Positions 21,783-34,873 of a DNA stretch of 64,000 nucleotides are shown here, piece by piece (position 1 is the first letter of the stretch; each line of letters begins with the position of its first letter). The position numbers were made by a program, and so were the translations under genes. Source of the stretch: Octopus sinensis (Eukaryota); contig NC_043004.1 of the NCBI RefSeq assembly GCF_006345805.1, positions 75,020,001-75,084,000 on the forward strand, given 5' to 3'. The notes beneath the pieces were generated by a model. It was given only the letters and a program-made list of their open reading frames with translations, was not told where the DNA came from and ran no database searches.

Positions 21783-21893
21783 ATTATATACATGCATTTA
21801 TGTCTTTAGGTCACAGTATGTGAATTCAAGTAATTCTGTGGTATTCATCAAAAAAGTTTCTTGATTTATCATCCAACAAAATATATATATGTG

Positions 21894-21948
<55 letters not shown>

Positions 21949-23068
21949 ATGTGTGCACCAGAGTGTCAATTGGAACTTGTTATTTTAAAATGTATTTGAG
22001 CTGTTTTAGATAGAAATGAATATCAGACAGAGATAAGTACTGAAGGTTGATAGGAGTGTAGAAGATTTGAAACCAAATTACTGGACACAGCTGTACTGAT
22101 GCCTCATCGAGACCACTATCATTTCACATGATTGGCCAGTTAACTGACCAATCAACATCAAGTCATCACATGATTTGATTTTCTGGAATTTTCTAATGAG
22201 TTTTATTATATGTGGATTTTTGGCAGAAACTTCAGAATGTCTAGGCAGTCACAGCATTGATTCTATTCCCATTTCTCATTCATCAACCATGCAAATAGAA
22301 GCTACAGGTTTTGCTGAAGTGAATTAGTGTGATATTTTCCATTCGTGATGGACCAGTCACAGATATTATATGCCAACGATTTTTTCTCATTGACCCCAGT
22401 AGTATGTGTCTCTCCCATCATCATCATCATCATCATTGTTTTAACATCCACTTTCATGCTAGCATGGGTTGGACGATTTGACTAAGAACTGGTGAACCAT
22501 ATGGCTACACCAGGCTCCAATCTTGATTTGGCAGAGTTTCTACAGCTGGATGCCCTTCCTAACGCCAACCACTCCAAGAGTGTAGTGGGTGCTTTTATGT
22601 GCTACCTGCTCAGGAGCCAGTCAGGTGGTACTGGCACGGTCATGGAAAATCATGTTTTTTTCTTTTACATGTCACCTGCACACCGGCACAAATGCCAGTA
22701 AGGTGACGCTGGTAACGATCACGCTCGAATGGTGCTTTTTACGTGCCAACGGCATGAACGCCAAAAATTGTTGCTTTTATTTTCTGTCTAAAGATCAACA
22801 CAGAAAACACCATGTTCAGTAAATAAAGTGTCTGTTAATTGTTCATGAGTGTTCATGATCCCTGGAAAGACATTTTCATTCTCCACAAGCATCAACAAAC
22901 AACCACTGCAGAAACTTACATGCAACAGAATCAACTAACCAGCGACGGGCAGTTTCTAGCATTGTTACAACACAACACAGACTGAAACCAGTCAAAGAAT
23001 AAAAAGGAAGACAACGAAAACCAAGAAATTAGAAGCGCATCCTTCATTAAATGTTGTTTTTTACTTAC

Positions 23069-23194
23069 CATCAACACAAGTTTTACCGTCTTGACTTGGT
23101 TTCATTCCTGAAGGACATACACATTTGTAACCTTTTGCTGCTTTGGACAGTAAGCAAAGATGGCTGCAGGGTTTACTGCTACAAGAATTAATAC
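23069..23194 (-). CDS. LRP2: LRP2 exon, EGF-like domain (GINSCSSKPCSHLCLLSKAAKGYKCVCPSGMKPSQDGKTCVD)
   Basis: Six-Cys EGF with CSHLCL; acceptor ttcacag and donor gtaagt; 126 nt, phase 1 to 1. Confidence 0.95.
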
Positions 23195-23396
23195 CTGTGA
23201 ATAAAAAAAAAACATTAAAAACCCTCATAAACAAAAAACATATGCACCACACACACACACACATATAGATAAAAAAAGTTGGTCAAGAACTGGACATGTG
23301 TTGCTGATTTAACCTGCAAGGTATCTATTTTTTTTTTTTTTTGCTATCAGTCACTGACCAATGAAGAATACAAGATTAAAGAGGCAAGCAACTCAC

Positions 23397-23574
23397 CTGT
23401 CGGCTGGCGAACTGGGTGATAACTAATCACATTCACAGGTCTTATCAAGGAAGTCTGCACTAAATTCTTGGCCTTGCAATTAAACTTGTGACATCCCATT
23501 AATTTATTAGTGAAAGGGTCTGTCCAGTAAATCATATCTTCAAAAATGGTGAGGCCATAGGGATTGGTAATATA
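23397..23574 (-). CDS. LRP2: LRP2 exon, last blade of propeller 3 (YITNPYGLTIFEDMIYWTD...YHPVRQPT)
   Basis: PYGLTIFEDMIYWTD and HPVRQP motifs; acceptor ttcattcag and donor gtgagt; 178 nt, phase 0 to 1. Confidence 0.95.
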
Positions 23575-23790
23575 CTGAATGAAAGGTGAGGAAAAAGAAA
23601 AGAAAAAATGAATTTTATCTTGCATTTCTGTATTGGAAAATGATTTTTCAAACTTTCTAAATTACATTTATTAATGTAAATTTGATTAGTTCTCATTGGC
23701 TAGATTCACCTAGACAAAATTTCAAATGTTGCTAGATCAATCATCCCAGTATTTACTAACCTGAACACCTAACTGTTAACAGATCAAGAA

Positions 23791-23930
<140 letters not shown>

Positions 23931-23938
23931 ATATATAT

Positions 23939-24038
23939 NNNNNNNNNNNNNNNNNNNNNNNNNNNNNNNNNNNNNNNNNNNNNNNNNNNNNNNNNNNNNN
24001 NNNNNNNNNNNNNNNNNNNNNNNNNNNNNNNNNNNNNN
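23939..24038. other. Assembly gap, exactly 100 N (scaffold join)
   Basis: Run of 100 N, with (TA)n on the left and LRP2 coding sequence cut off on the right. Confidence 0.99.
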
Positions 24039-24208
24039 TGGATACTTGTATGGTGGGAATGCAATTACACTGCTTGGAGAAAAGAGTTGGTCTCTCAGAG
24101 TAACATTTATACCTCGTCCAAATTTATCCATTTGCATCAGTTTGCCTTCATTTTGGGACACCCAGTATATTTCACTTTCATACAGGTCAATACTCACTGG
24201 GTTAATTG
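24039..24208 (-). CDS. LRP2: LRP2 exon, last blade of propeller 8, truncated by the gap (AINPVSIDLYESEIYWVSQNEGKLMQMDKFGRG...YKYP)
   Basis: Acceptor gtcatttcag, phase 1; resembles human [33 protein letters not shown]; no donor is visible before the N run. Confidence 0.92.
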
Positions 24209-24852
24209 CTGAAATGACAACGGGTATATGTTTGATGCTCAAGAAAAATGGAATAATCTTTGATGTTTTGAACCTGTGCTCTTCTTCAGAAACAAACGAG
24301 GAAAGAAAACAAAGGAGGGTGGAAAAACAATGTATCATATATATATGCTGGTATGTTTATGTCTGCATAACTTATTCTATCGGCCTCTTTTGCTGAACCA
24401 CTAAGTACTAGGCTTACAAAGAATTAGTCCTGGGGTTGATTTGCTCGACTAAAGGCAGTGCTCCAGCATGGCCACAGTCAAATGTCTGAAACAAATAAAG
24501 AATAAAGAGAATATGTACACACTGTATTTGATGCCATGCAAGATACACCTTTTTCCCCAAAAAATTTGTCTCAAAAAATATCCCCATTGAACCCAAGTTA
24601 GATCACGCATAAGTTTTAATGCACTAAAACCTTCTTTACCTGAATATGCACTGCTGAAATTAGGGTACCCATCAAATGTACCCATGCATTTTTTATACCT
24701 TCAAATAGTGTACATACATCATTGTATAGGAAACAAAATTGATTTACTCTATGAAAAAAGATTTATTTGTGGCTGTGTGGTAAGAAGCTTGCTTCCCAAC
24801 CACTGCCCCTATCCCTTGCCCCTTCATAAGCAAAAATAAATAAATCTGATAC

Positions 24853-25075
24853 CATTTCCAATAACAACCACTTGGTCGGTGCCATCCGGTTTCATTGACA
24901 GGATTCTGTTGAATTTGGAATCAGACCAGAACACACGATTGTTCATGAAGTAATCGATGGCAATTCCACTTGGTCGTGCCAGTTCTTTGTTCACTAGAAC
25001 CTGTCTTCTCTCACCAGTCATCCAAGACCTTTCTATCTTGGGTTGTAACTGTTTATATCTGTCCAGTACATCCAG
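24853..25075 (-). CDS. LRP2: LRP2 exon, propeller 8 (WMYWTDINSYN[fs]PKIERSWMTGERR...IDYFMNNRVFWSD...VIGN); 1-nt frameshift as assembled
   Basis: Acceptor tttttcag and donor gtatca; 223 nt where the phases require 224. The YWTD lies in one frame and the remainder in another. Confidence 0.9.
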
Positions 25076-25841
25076 CTGAAAAAGTGCATGGGAAACAAGC
25101 ATAAAAGTTATGATGATGACGGGAGAGAGAGAAGGAAGAGGAAGAAGCATACACACATGCATGGAAATAAAGAACACTGGTGGAGCATTCGAAGGAAAAG
25201 AGCAACCTGGCGTAACTTCAATGGGTCAGATATAATTCTAATGCACGGGAAGCAAAAATGATACCATGATGAAGAGATCAACTGATCAGTGCATATGAAT
25301 ATTTCATCAAATATTGGGGGAGTTAGGAGCATTGATGGAGAACTAATGGAAAATATGCAACTACTAAATTCAGGTGAGGAACTTTTGTTTCTACCTATTG
25401 TCCTCCTTGCTTTGGGTTACATAACAACAGAAAATCCCTAGAAATGCTGGGGTTTCCCAAGAAAGTACAAAGCAAGTTGATTCACACCCCTTAAATACAC
25501 CCGGTTAGTGGCACAGTGGAATTTGCAGATGATTTGTTTATAGGGATCAAACATATATAAGCTGTACTTTAACTCCCTCCCTCCATCGAATCGACATTGC
25601 TTGTACAGGTGCGCAAGTGTGCTTGTACAGGTGTGTAAGTGTGCCTGGACACGTGTACAATGTCAGACAATGAAGTGATTGCAGAGCAACGTAAAATAGT
25701 GAAATGACGTCTTTTGGTCAAGAACACAATAGGAACTGAACCCATGATGGTGTGACTGTGAGTGCAATACCTTAATTACTAGGCCACCAGGCCATGAACC
25801 CTCTTTCTCTCTCTCTTTCTGTATATATATACATATATATC

Positions 25842-25884
<43 letters not shown>

Positions 25885-26759
25885 CCATCATCATCATCAT
25901 CCTCATCATCATCATCATTATCATTTAATGTCTGCCTTCCATACTGGCATGGGTGGGATGGTTTGACAGGAGCCAACCAAGTAGAAGCCTGCACCAGACT
26001 TCTGTGTCTGTTTTGGCAGGACTTTTACAGCTGGATGCCCTTCCTAACCCCGACCACCCTGTAGAGTGGACTGGGTGCTTTTTACGTGGCACAAGCACAG
26101 GTGAGGTCAGTTTTGGCAAGGTTTTTACAGCTGGAATCCCTTCCAAATGCCAACCACTTTACAGTGTGGATGGGATGCTTTTTTAAGTGGTACCTGCATT
26201 GACAGCGCCACCTAGTAACTTGCAATATAACAGATTTCTTTCAGTCTCAGTCTAATCAAATCCACTCACAAGGCTGTGGTTGGCCTAGGGCTATTGTAGA
26301 AGACATTTGCCCAAGGTGCTATGCAATGGGACTGAACTCCAAACCATGTTGTATGGGGGTGCAAATTGCTTAACCACATAGCCACGTCTGTATATGTTTA
26401 TGCAAAAGCTTTAAAAGTTAAAACCCTTAAACTCATCAGTTAGAGCTTATCCCAGTTTCTGAAATGTTTATCACTGAGAGTACTGACCCCTGCTCAGCAG
26501 TCTGTCAGTATGTCAGTCTGTCAGTCTGTCAGTCTGCCTGATGGTTAAACATCTACTGAAAAAAAAAACACATGTATCTTACATTGTACTTGCAACAAAG
26601 CGTGTGCAGACGAATAAAAACGCATCAAATTTTCTAGTGACAACAGTTTGAGTTTTACGAGTGCCATTTTCTAAATGTTTGAAGTGCCATCCCCTAAATG
26701 TTTGAGTGTCACAAGTGCCATTCCATAAATGTTTGAACATTCTCTAAATGTTGAAAATG

Positions 26760-27560
26760 GCAACAAAGACAAGTTTCATGGCAAGACACTATAAATGCTA
26801 CATGGCCAAAATGTTGTCACTTGTCGTCACGTCTGTGAGACACAACATCCAAAGATCATATTTCATCACCTCGTTCCACATCTTCCTGGGTCTACTGCTT
26901 CTTCTGGTTCCTGCACAGTTAGTGATTGGCACTTCTTTATGCAGCTGCCCTCATTCATAAGCATCACATGTCCATACCAGTGCACTCTCCTCTGTTGCAC
27001 ACTACATTTGGTGCCTCCTATATATCTGGTGCCTCTTATACATCTGGTACCTCTTGTACATCTGGTGCCACTTGTACATCTGGTGCCTCTTGTACATCTG
27101 GTGCCTCTTATACATCTGGTGCCTCTTGTACATCTGGTGCCTCTTGTACATCTGGTGCCTCTTGTACATCTAGTGCCACTTGTACATCTGGTGCCTCTTG
27201 TACATCTGGTGCCTCTTGTACATCTGGTGCCTCTTATACATCTGGTGCCTCTTCTACCCAGTTTTTCTCCTGAGACACACTCTGTCGTACATGCACACTG
27301 ACATTGCACATCCAGTGAAACACACCAGCTTCATTTCTTTCAAGCTTTGCCGGCCCATGCAGTCACAGCCCATGTTTCACTGACATGTAGCATGGCTGGT
27401 CACACATAAGCACCATAAAATCTGCCTTTCACTCTGCAGGAGAGGCCCTTCGTTACCAGCAAAGGTAGAAGCTCCCTGGACTTTGCCCAGCCGAGTCTTG
27501 TTCTGGCAGCTTCATTCTCAGAGCATCCCCTTCACCTGATGACTGTCCAATCACAATCGT
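26760..27560 (-). mobile_element. Decayed RTE 3' ORF fragment containing an 18-bp minisatellite
   Basis: Translates to SGEKLGRRG...CSVQQRRVHWYGHV; homologous to 18690-19200. Confidence 0.8.
27005..27256. repeat. 18-bp minisatellite, 14 copies (CATCTGGTGCCTCTTGTA)
   Basis: Direct count of units. Confidence 0.95.
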
Positions 27561-27984
27561 CTTTATGTGCAACAATAAATGTTTCAGTCAAATGTTCATG
27601 GATTTTGCTTCCAATTATTCACACAACCAATAAAATACATGTTTGTTCACTAACTCAACAATTACAACCCAACCACCAATGGTAACATAAGGGTCACAAC
27701 CAACCCCACCATCTGTAAATGCAAAATAAAATATGTTTGCTATAACTGATCAACATGATCCGTATGTCACTAAGCCAATGACAAAACATTCTGATGAAAT
27801 ATGTGAAATCATTGATATATGAAAAAAAAGAAAGAGAAAATCTTTATGTTTGCAAATATTCCAGTCAAAATTAGTGTTGTCTTTGAGGTTGGTGTTTCGT
27901 TATGGCTTCAAAACAGGGCAGGTGAAAATACCTCAAGAATATAATGAGTGATCAATAATGTGTCTCTTGAATGAAAATGCCTAC

Positions 27985-28113
27985 CCAGTCTGTGAGTTAA
28001 CGACAATAGCATAAGGTCTACGAAGTTCTGTTTTGATTAAAGTGTATCTGTATCTTCCATCTTTAGCCGCCACAGATATTGTTTTCTTTTTGGAGTCAGT
28101 CCAGTAAACATTC
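27985..28113 (-). CDS. LRP2: LRP2 exon, propeller 8 (NVYWTDSKKKTISVAAKDGRYRYTLIKTELRRPYAIVVNSQTG)
   Basis: Not in the ORF track. Acceptor ataacag and donor gtaggc; 129 nt, phase 2 to 2; DGRYR matches human LRP2 (recalled). Confidence 0.93.
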
Positions 28114-28471
28114 CTGTTATAAAAAGAGGAAAATATGAAATTAACATTATTGCTGCTGAAGTTATTGAAAATTTATCAAGAATGATTAAAATCAATGAAA
28201 AGAATAAATGGCACCTGCTTATCAAATTAAAATAAGATACGACCATTTAGTTAAGAAGATTGTTTTTGTGTGTATTCCTGGCTTCTATTCCTCAATCATG
28301 GCATCAGATGGACTGCTGCTTTGAGAATGGAATTTTGTTCATAGACACTTGGTGAAAGGTCTTCATGCACAAATACACACATATGTACACACACACACAC
28401 ACACACACACATAGGGGGACTGAACTTGGAACTGTGTGATTGAGAAGCAAGGATCTTACCACACAACCACT

Positions 28472-28502
<31 letters not shown>

Positions 28503-29171
28503 TGCCAGTAAATCATAAATCTGAAAGAGAACCCACACTCTAAGTCATAGAGCAGTACAGTATTTAGATAAAGTTAGTTATGGATGGTTCATTGGCTTAC
28601 CCAGATTTCACATCCTACAAAAGTGCTTAGCTTTACATACAGCTTGTCAGACCCTAATGGCCAGCTATTAGGATCTGACATAAGGTAGGTCTGACATATA
28701 TAACACAAGTGAAAAGGTGGGGGTGGGGGAGAGAACTAGAGATCACATGTCACTTTCTGTCTTTTCTCTAGACAAAGGCTTTTGGTTCATGCCTTTTGTA
28801 TGTGTTGTGACTAATATATAAAAGATAAAAGATATATATAGGCATCATAATCATCATCAACATCATCATCTTCTTTCAATGTCTATTTTCCATGCTGGCA
28901 TGGGTTGGATGGTTTGACAGGAGCTGGCAAGCTGCAACTGGCCCCAATTGTCGGTTTTGGCAAGGGTTCTATGGCTGGATGCCCTTCCTGATGCCAACCA
29001 CTTTATTGTGTACAGAATGGTTTCAACAAGGTATCAGCATATATACGTACATATATATATACATATATGCATATATATATACACATACATGTTTATATAT
29101 ATATACACATACATATATATATATATATATTATATATATATACACATACATATATATATATATACACATAC

Positions 29172-29254
<83 letters not shown>

Positions 29255-29350
29255 CATGTATATATTATATATATACATTATATATATACACACACACATA
29301 TACTTATACTTGCAGTAGTAGGAGTGCTAGGCAGTAATTAGAAATAAACA

Positions 29351-30634
29351 AACTTTAGGTTTGTTCCAATACGTTTGTGACATATTTTAACCTCTAAAGG
29401 CAAATTCGCTGCATTTTAACCAAGGAGTTCACCAGGGAAGACACTGAGCAGATAAGACATTCTTACTCCTTTTACCATCACCATCATCATCATCATCATC
29501 ATCATCATCATTTAACACCGTTGTCCATGTTGGCATGGGTTGGGTGCTTTGACTGGGCTGGCACTCTGGAAAGCTGCACCAGGCTCCAGTCTGATTTGGC
29601 ATGGTTTTCTATGACTGGATGTCCTTCCTAATGCCAACCCCACCAAGATTCTAATGGATGCTTTTATGGACCACTGGCACAGGTGCGATTTGCATGACAC
29701 TGGTATCTACCATGACAGTGATTTTGCTCCGCTTGATGGGTTTTCTCAAACATGACATAATGTCAAAGGTCTTGGTCATTGCTTCCATGAGGCCCAACAC
29801 TCAAAAGGAGCTTGACCACTTTGCCCCCATGAGGCCCACCACTTGAAAAGAATTCATCCACCTCACCTCCATGAGGCCCACTCAAAAGGAACTCAGCCAC
29901 TATACATCCATGAGGCCCAACACTTGAAAGGCACTCAGCCACTTTGCCTCTATGACGCCCAACATTCAAAAGTTGATTTTTTTTATGTGCCACCAGCATG
30001 GCTGCACTTAGCTTGACAGATCCTCTTAAGCAGAGCACATCACCAATGGTCTCGGTCACTAGTCATTGATTTTGTGAGGTTCAAAGTTCAAAGGTCATGC
30101 TTCACCATCTTGTCCTATGTCTTCCTGGGTCTACCTCTACCACAGGTTCCCTCTACAGTTAGAGAACAACGCTTCTTTACACAGCTGTCCTCGTCCATAT
30201 GTATCACATGACCATACCAGCACAGTCTTGCGCACCACATCTGATTCCTCTAATGCCTAAGAATTCTTCTCCGTGGTAAACTGCAGTGAAATTGCCTTTA
30301 GAAGTGAAAATGTGTCAGTTAAAATATATTTTTGAACGAATCTAATTTCTGCTTAGTGCTGCTACTATTGTATCTGCTCTGGCCTGGTGCTTAGCTGGTC
30401 TAAGATAAAGCTATGGCTTTCTAATCTGCCCAGGGTTATCTCTCTTGGTATCTCCTTCTGAGGAAGGTTAAGGTGCCAGAAACACATCTAGGAATTTGTT
30501 AGGAGGAGACACCGAGCAGATGTGTTTTCACACCATTTACCATAAGCAAGAATTTTTTCTCCATGGTAAACTGCACTGAATTTGCCTTTAGAAGTTAAAA
30601 TATGTCACAAACATATTTGAACAAATCGTAAGTT
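29351..30634. mobile_element. Putative TIR element with an RTE insertion and a duplicated right end
   Basis: 29351-29426 is the inverted copy of 30559-30634 over about 75 bp; a second right-end copy lies at about 30270-30345. Confidence 0.55.
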
Positions 30635-30637
30635 CAT

Positions 30638-30672
<35 letters not shown>

Positions 30673-31036
30673 ACACACACACACACACATACATAGACAC
30701 ATATATGTACACACACAAACCCGTATGCACCTACACACATACACACATTTATATATATATATATATATATAAATATAAATATATAGTTTTTCAGTTTCCA
30801 CTTAGCAAATCTACTTACTAACCTCAAGGCTTTGGTCAGCCTGGGCCTAAAGTAGAAGACACTTGCTCAAGGTGCCACACACACATGCACACACACACAC
30901 ACATACGCACATGCACACACACACACCACACACACATACACAGAGTTATTTTGTAAACACAAAAACAAATTTTGCAGAAATAATGAAATAATGAATAAGA
31001 AAAGAATACTTTGCTGTTGGCTATAATGTTATTTAC

Positions 31037-31313
31037 CCTGATGTCCAGTCAATGGAAATGCCATTTGGTTCGTCTAGATTACTGATCTTCAGGTCTTGTG
31101 GGATTCCAACATTATCAGATTTTTGAGAAATATAAGAACGCATCACTGTTTTGCTGATCATATCTGTCCAGTAAAGGGTTGACCGTTCAATGTCGACCGC
31201 TAAACCCTGCGATTTTTGTATGGAGAGTAAGGTGCTCATGTATTCTTTGATTATGGGATCAAATCTTCGGATGCCGCTACCCACAGACATGAAGATGCTT
31301 ATTTTGCCTTCCT
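31037..31313 (-). CDS. LRP2: LRP2 exon, start of propeller 8 (EGKISIFMSVGSGIRRFD...LYWTD...PNGISIDWTSG)
   Basis: Acceptor tttacag and donor gtaaat; 277 nt, phase 1 to 2. Confidence 0.93.
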
Positions 31314-31356
31314 CTGTAAAAAAACAACATAAACACCATCAACATCATCGTTTTAA

Positions 31357-31559
31357 CCCTTTAGCATTTAACTGGCCGTATCTGGCCCAAATATTTAAAT
31401 TGGCCAAATCCAGCCCCTCACACCTACCCTACAATGTCATTCTGAAAATAAACAATTATATCCTCAGAATCTCAAAGCTATGAGATAAAGCAGGATTAAT
31501 TCGAAACAATGTGACTAAATAAGTATTATATTTGACAGATTAATCTGAATGCTAAAGGG
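31357..31559. mobile_element. piggyBac-type MITE
   Basis: Perfect 12-bp TIR CCCTTTAGCATT with TTAA on both sides; SINE-interrupted relatives at about 50545-51075 and 53862-54507. Confidence 0.85.
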
Positions 31560-32016
31560 TTAATGCCCACTTTTCCTTGCTGGCATGGGTTGGACAGGAA
31601 TTTGTTGAGGTGAATTTTCTGTGGCTGGATGTCCTTCCTGTTGCCAACCCTCATCTGTTTCTGAGTAAAATAATATTTCCTCATGACCAGACATGTACTT
31701 CAGAAAACTGGATACAAAGGTCCCCGTGTGGATGGGATAGACAGGATAAAGATCCTTGCTGAGCCAGATACACTCATGAGGGTCGGTTTCCCAGTTCCCA
31801 TGGTGTGTATACTTCTCCCCTGGATGGGACACTGGTCTGTTGCAAGATAACTCACTTTTGCCAGCTGAGTTGACTGGAGCAACACAAAATGAAGTGTCTT
31901 GCTCAAGAACACAATGCGTTGCCCAGTCCAGGAATCGAAACCACATTCTTAGGATCATGAAGCCACAATCTCATAATCATATAATCACACACACACAGGT
32001 ATGTTAATTTACTTAC

Positions 32017-32148
32017 TTGTGTATTTACATTTGGGAGTGGGTAATAAAGGATCTTGGAACCCTTCGTGGCACAGGCATTTGTAGGAACCCTTTATGTTGT
32101 TGCAGAGCTGAGGACATTTGTTATTTGAAAGTTCACACTCGTTAACAT
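32017..32148 (-). CDS. LRP2: LRP2 exon, calcium-binding EGF (DVNECELSNNKCPQLCNNIKGSYKCLCHEGFQDPLLPTPKCKYT)
   Basis: cbEGF consensus D-x-NEC...C-x-N-x2-GSY-x-C; acceptor tttttcag and donor gtaagt; 132 nt. Confidence 0.95.
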
Positions 32149-32269
32149 CTGAAAAAGAGAATTTCCAATTTAAATCAATGCCTTACGGTTGCCTTACTTC
32201 CATCTTGATTCTGTTTTATGTCTGCAGAAAGTGGCAGAAAGTTAAAGACCTTGACAATCATCCTCCTCT

Positions 32270-32610
32270 GCATCATCATCACCATCACCATCATCCATTA
32301 TCATCAGCACCACCACCATCACCATCATCCATCATCATCACCATCATCCATTATCATCAATATCACCACCACCATCATCATCATCATCATCATCATCTGT
32401 CACCATCACCATCACCATCTTCCTCCTCCGCATCATCATCAGCATCAGCATCAGCATCACCATCCCCCCACCATCTTCCTCCTCCTCTTCCTCCTCCGCA
32501 TCATCATCACCATCACCATTATCAACCTCATCCTCATCCTCATCGTGGTCGTTATTGTCATTGTCATCATCATCATTTCCCTCATCGTTGTCATCATCAT
32601 CAACACCATC
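32270..32610. repeat. Imperfect (CAT/CAC)n low-complexity tract
   Basis: Direct inspection. Confidence 0.9.
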
Positions 32611-32825
32611 AAGACGGGATAAAATACTTTTGTGGTATCTCTGTTGGCCCTTCAACTCCAACGGAAGATCCCTCTCTTAATTGACAGTATAACTACAACA
32701 TCCACAAGAATTTAGCAAAGCAGACAATTTCTTTCTACAAATGGTTCAAAACTGTTCAAAGAACAAAATGCAAAATACAAAGACAGGTGTGGGAACCCCA
32801 AAGACAGGTGTATTATTCTACCTAC

Positions 32826-32966
32826 CCATGCATTCTTTTGTCTTTCCATCTTTCATTTTGAAACCGCTTCGACAGGAACATATCATACCACCTCCTTCGA
32901 GATCCGTGCAATTGTGGGGACACCCTCCATTATCAATGCTGCAGTTGACGGCACCAGCATTTTTAA
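32826..32966 (-). CDS. LRP2: LRP2 exon, EGF (KNAGAVNCSIDNGGCPHNCTDLEGGGMICSCRSGFKMKDGKTKECM)
   Basis: Six-Cys EGF; acceptor ttctacag and donor gtaggt; 141 nt, phase 1 to 1. Confidence 0.94.
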
Positions 32967-33087
32967 CTGTAGAACATAAAGAAATATACAAGTTATAGAT
33001 AAGCTTTCCAAGATCCCACCTGGAGTTTTTATATAATTATTATTTAATATAGTAAAGATTACTATAATCTTTACTATATTAAATATA

Positions 33088-33190
33088 ACATGGCAGTCCT
33101 GGTTTAGGACTAATGTTGCTGTAATTTAGCCCCAGGAGACATCGTCTCCAGCTGGCTATACGACACGATCTGTGTCCAGGACTGCCATGT
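33088..33190. mobile_element. 103-bp MITE
   Basis: Perfect 15-bp TIR ACATGGCAGTCCTGG with TA on both sides. Confidence 0.75.
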
Positions 33191-34254
33191 TATGTTGGCG
33201 TACCCCAGTAATAAAATCACATAGACACACACATGTGCACACACAACACCCTGACAAATACCAATCACACACACAAACACACATACAAGACCAGGACAAT
33301 TATAACAGCACAAACATACTCAGACAGAGACAAACACACACACTCACATACACACACACTCACTTACACACACATAACATCCCCACCAACACAAACATAC
33401 ACAAACATACACATGCACCGACAGATGCACACATACACACACGCGATCAAACACATACACACACATGTGCACACACAACACCCTAACAAATATTAATCAC
33501 ACACATACACACATACAAACGTGCACACACACACACACACACACCATCCTACCAAATATAAAACACACACAGACACATTTACACACACCACAAACTCAGG
33601 GACCAATCAAAAACGGCTCCCACACACAAACACAAACACATGTATATACACACACACATGGAGACGTACACAGACACACACACACACACACCATTCTGAC
33701 CTTTAAGACCAGTCCCCAAAACCACTGAACCATGACAGACTAGCCCAGAAACAAAAAATTCTTTTAATTGCACACTGCTCTTCCTTCCACCCACCCCAAC
33801 CAATCCTCCACACTGTCCCTTAATATAGTAAACAATCCTTAGCTACACACAAAATAAAAAATGCTAGAAAACAGGTTGGTTCATCTCATATTCTTTGTAA
33901 ACTCTTAAATATATCTGTTTATGTGTGTATATATATATATATACTATACCAAACAAACATGATTTTTATTGAACTCCTAATACTTTTTGTTGAATATTTT
34001 CTTAAGTACTTTCTTGTAAACTGCTTTTAGCATTTTCTTATTATTACCAAAGAGTGTATATATGTATTTTAATACTTTTGTGACTACCAGTACTTAACAC
34101 AAAAAAGCTGATATAAAGCTTTACATTTTACTTTTGACAATCTTTTTCTAAAAAACTGAAACTGGTAAAGTGAATAAACATCTTTAAAATTGCATTTTCA
34201 AACTTTTTTTCATATATATTTCCACTCGTGTGGTACCTTACAACTTCACTTTGT

Positions 34255-34316
<62 letters not shown>

Positions 34317-34721
34317 TATATAATATATATATGATCATCATCACCATCATTGTCATCATAGTCATGATTGCAATCATCATCATCATCGTTGTCATCATTA
34401 TTTAATGTATACCTTCTGTGCTGAGATGGGTTTGACAGTTAGATGGCAGCTGGCAAGCTAGAGGACTGCATCATGTTCTGCTGTCTGCTCTTGGCTTGCT
34501 TTCTACAATTGGATGCTCTTTCTAATGCCAACCAATCTACAGAGTGTACTGGGTGCTGATCATGTGTTACCAGTAGCAGTGAGGTCATCAAGTGATTTTC
34601 AAGATAAGACACCTCATCTGGGTGGGGACGTGGCTTTGTGCCAAATGTGGGGTTAGGATATGACTAGAGGAACAGAGAGGGGGGATGTTTTGCTGTGAGG
34701 GAGATACACAGCTACCTCAGT

Positions 34722-34789
<68 letters not shown>

Positions 34790-34873
34790 GCTATTGGCAA
34801 CAGTAGTTTTAAATTTTTAAAAACTATTGATTCTTGTTGAGGGTTGCTTGGTGAAAAATAAAATGATACTTAC

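Noticed and set aside
32118-32684. His-rich and Asp-rich ORFs; likewise poly-T/V/S/G ORFs at 45513, 59808 and 60108
   Set aside because: Trinucleotide low-complexity DNA; not in phase with the LRP2 exon chain.
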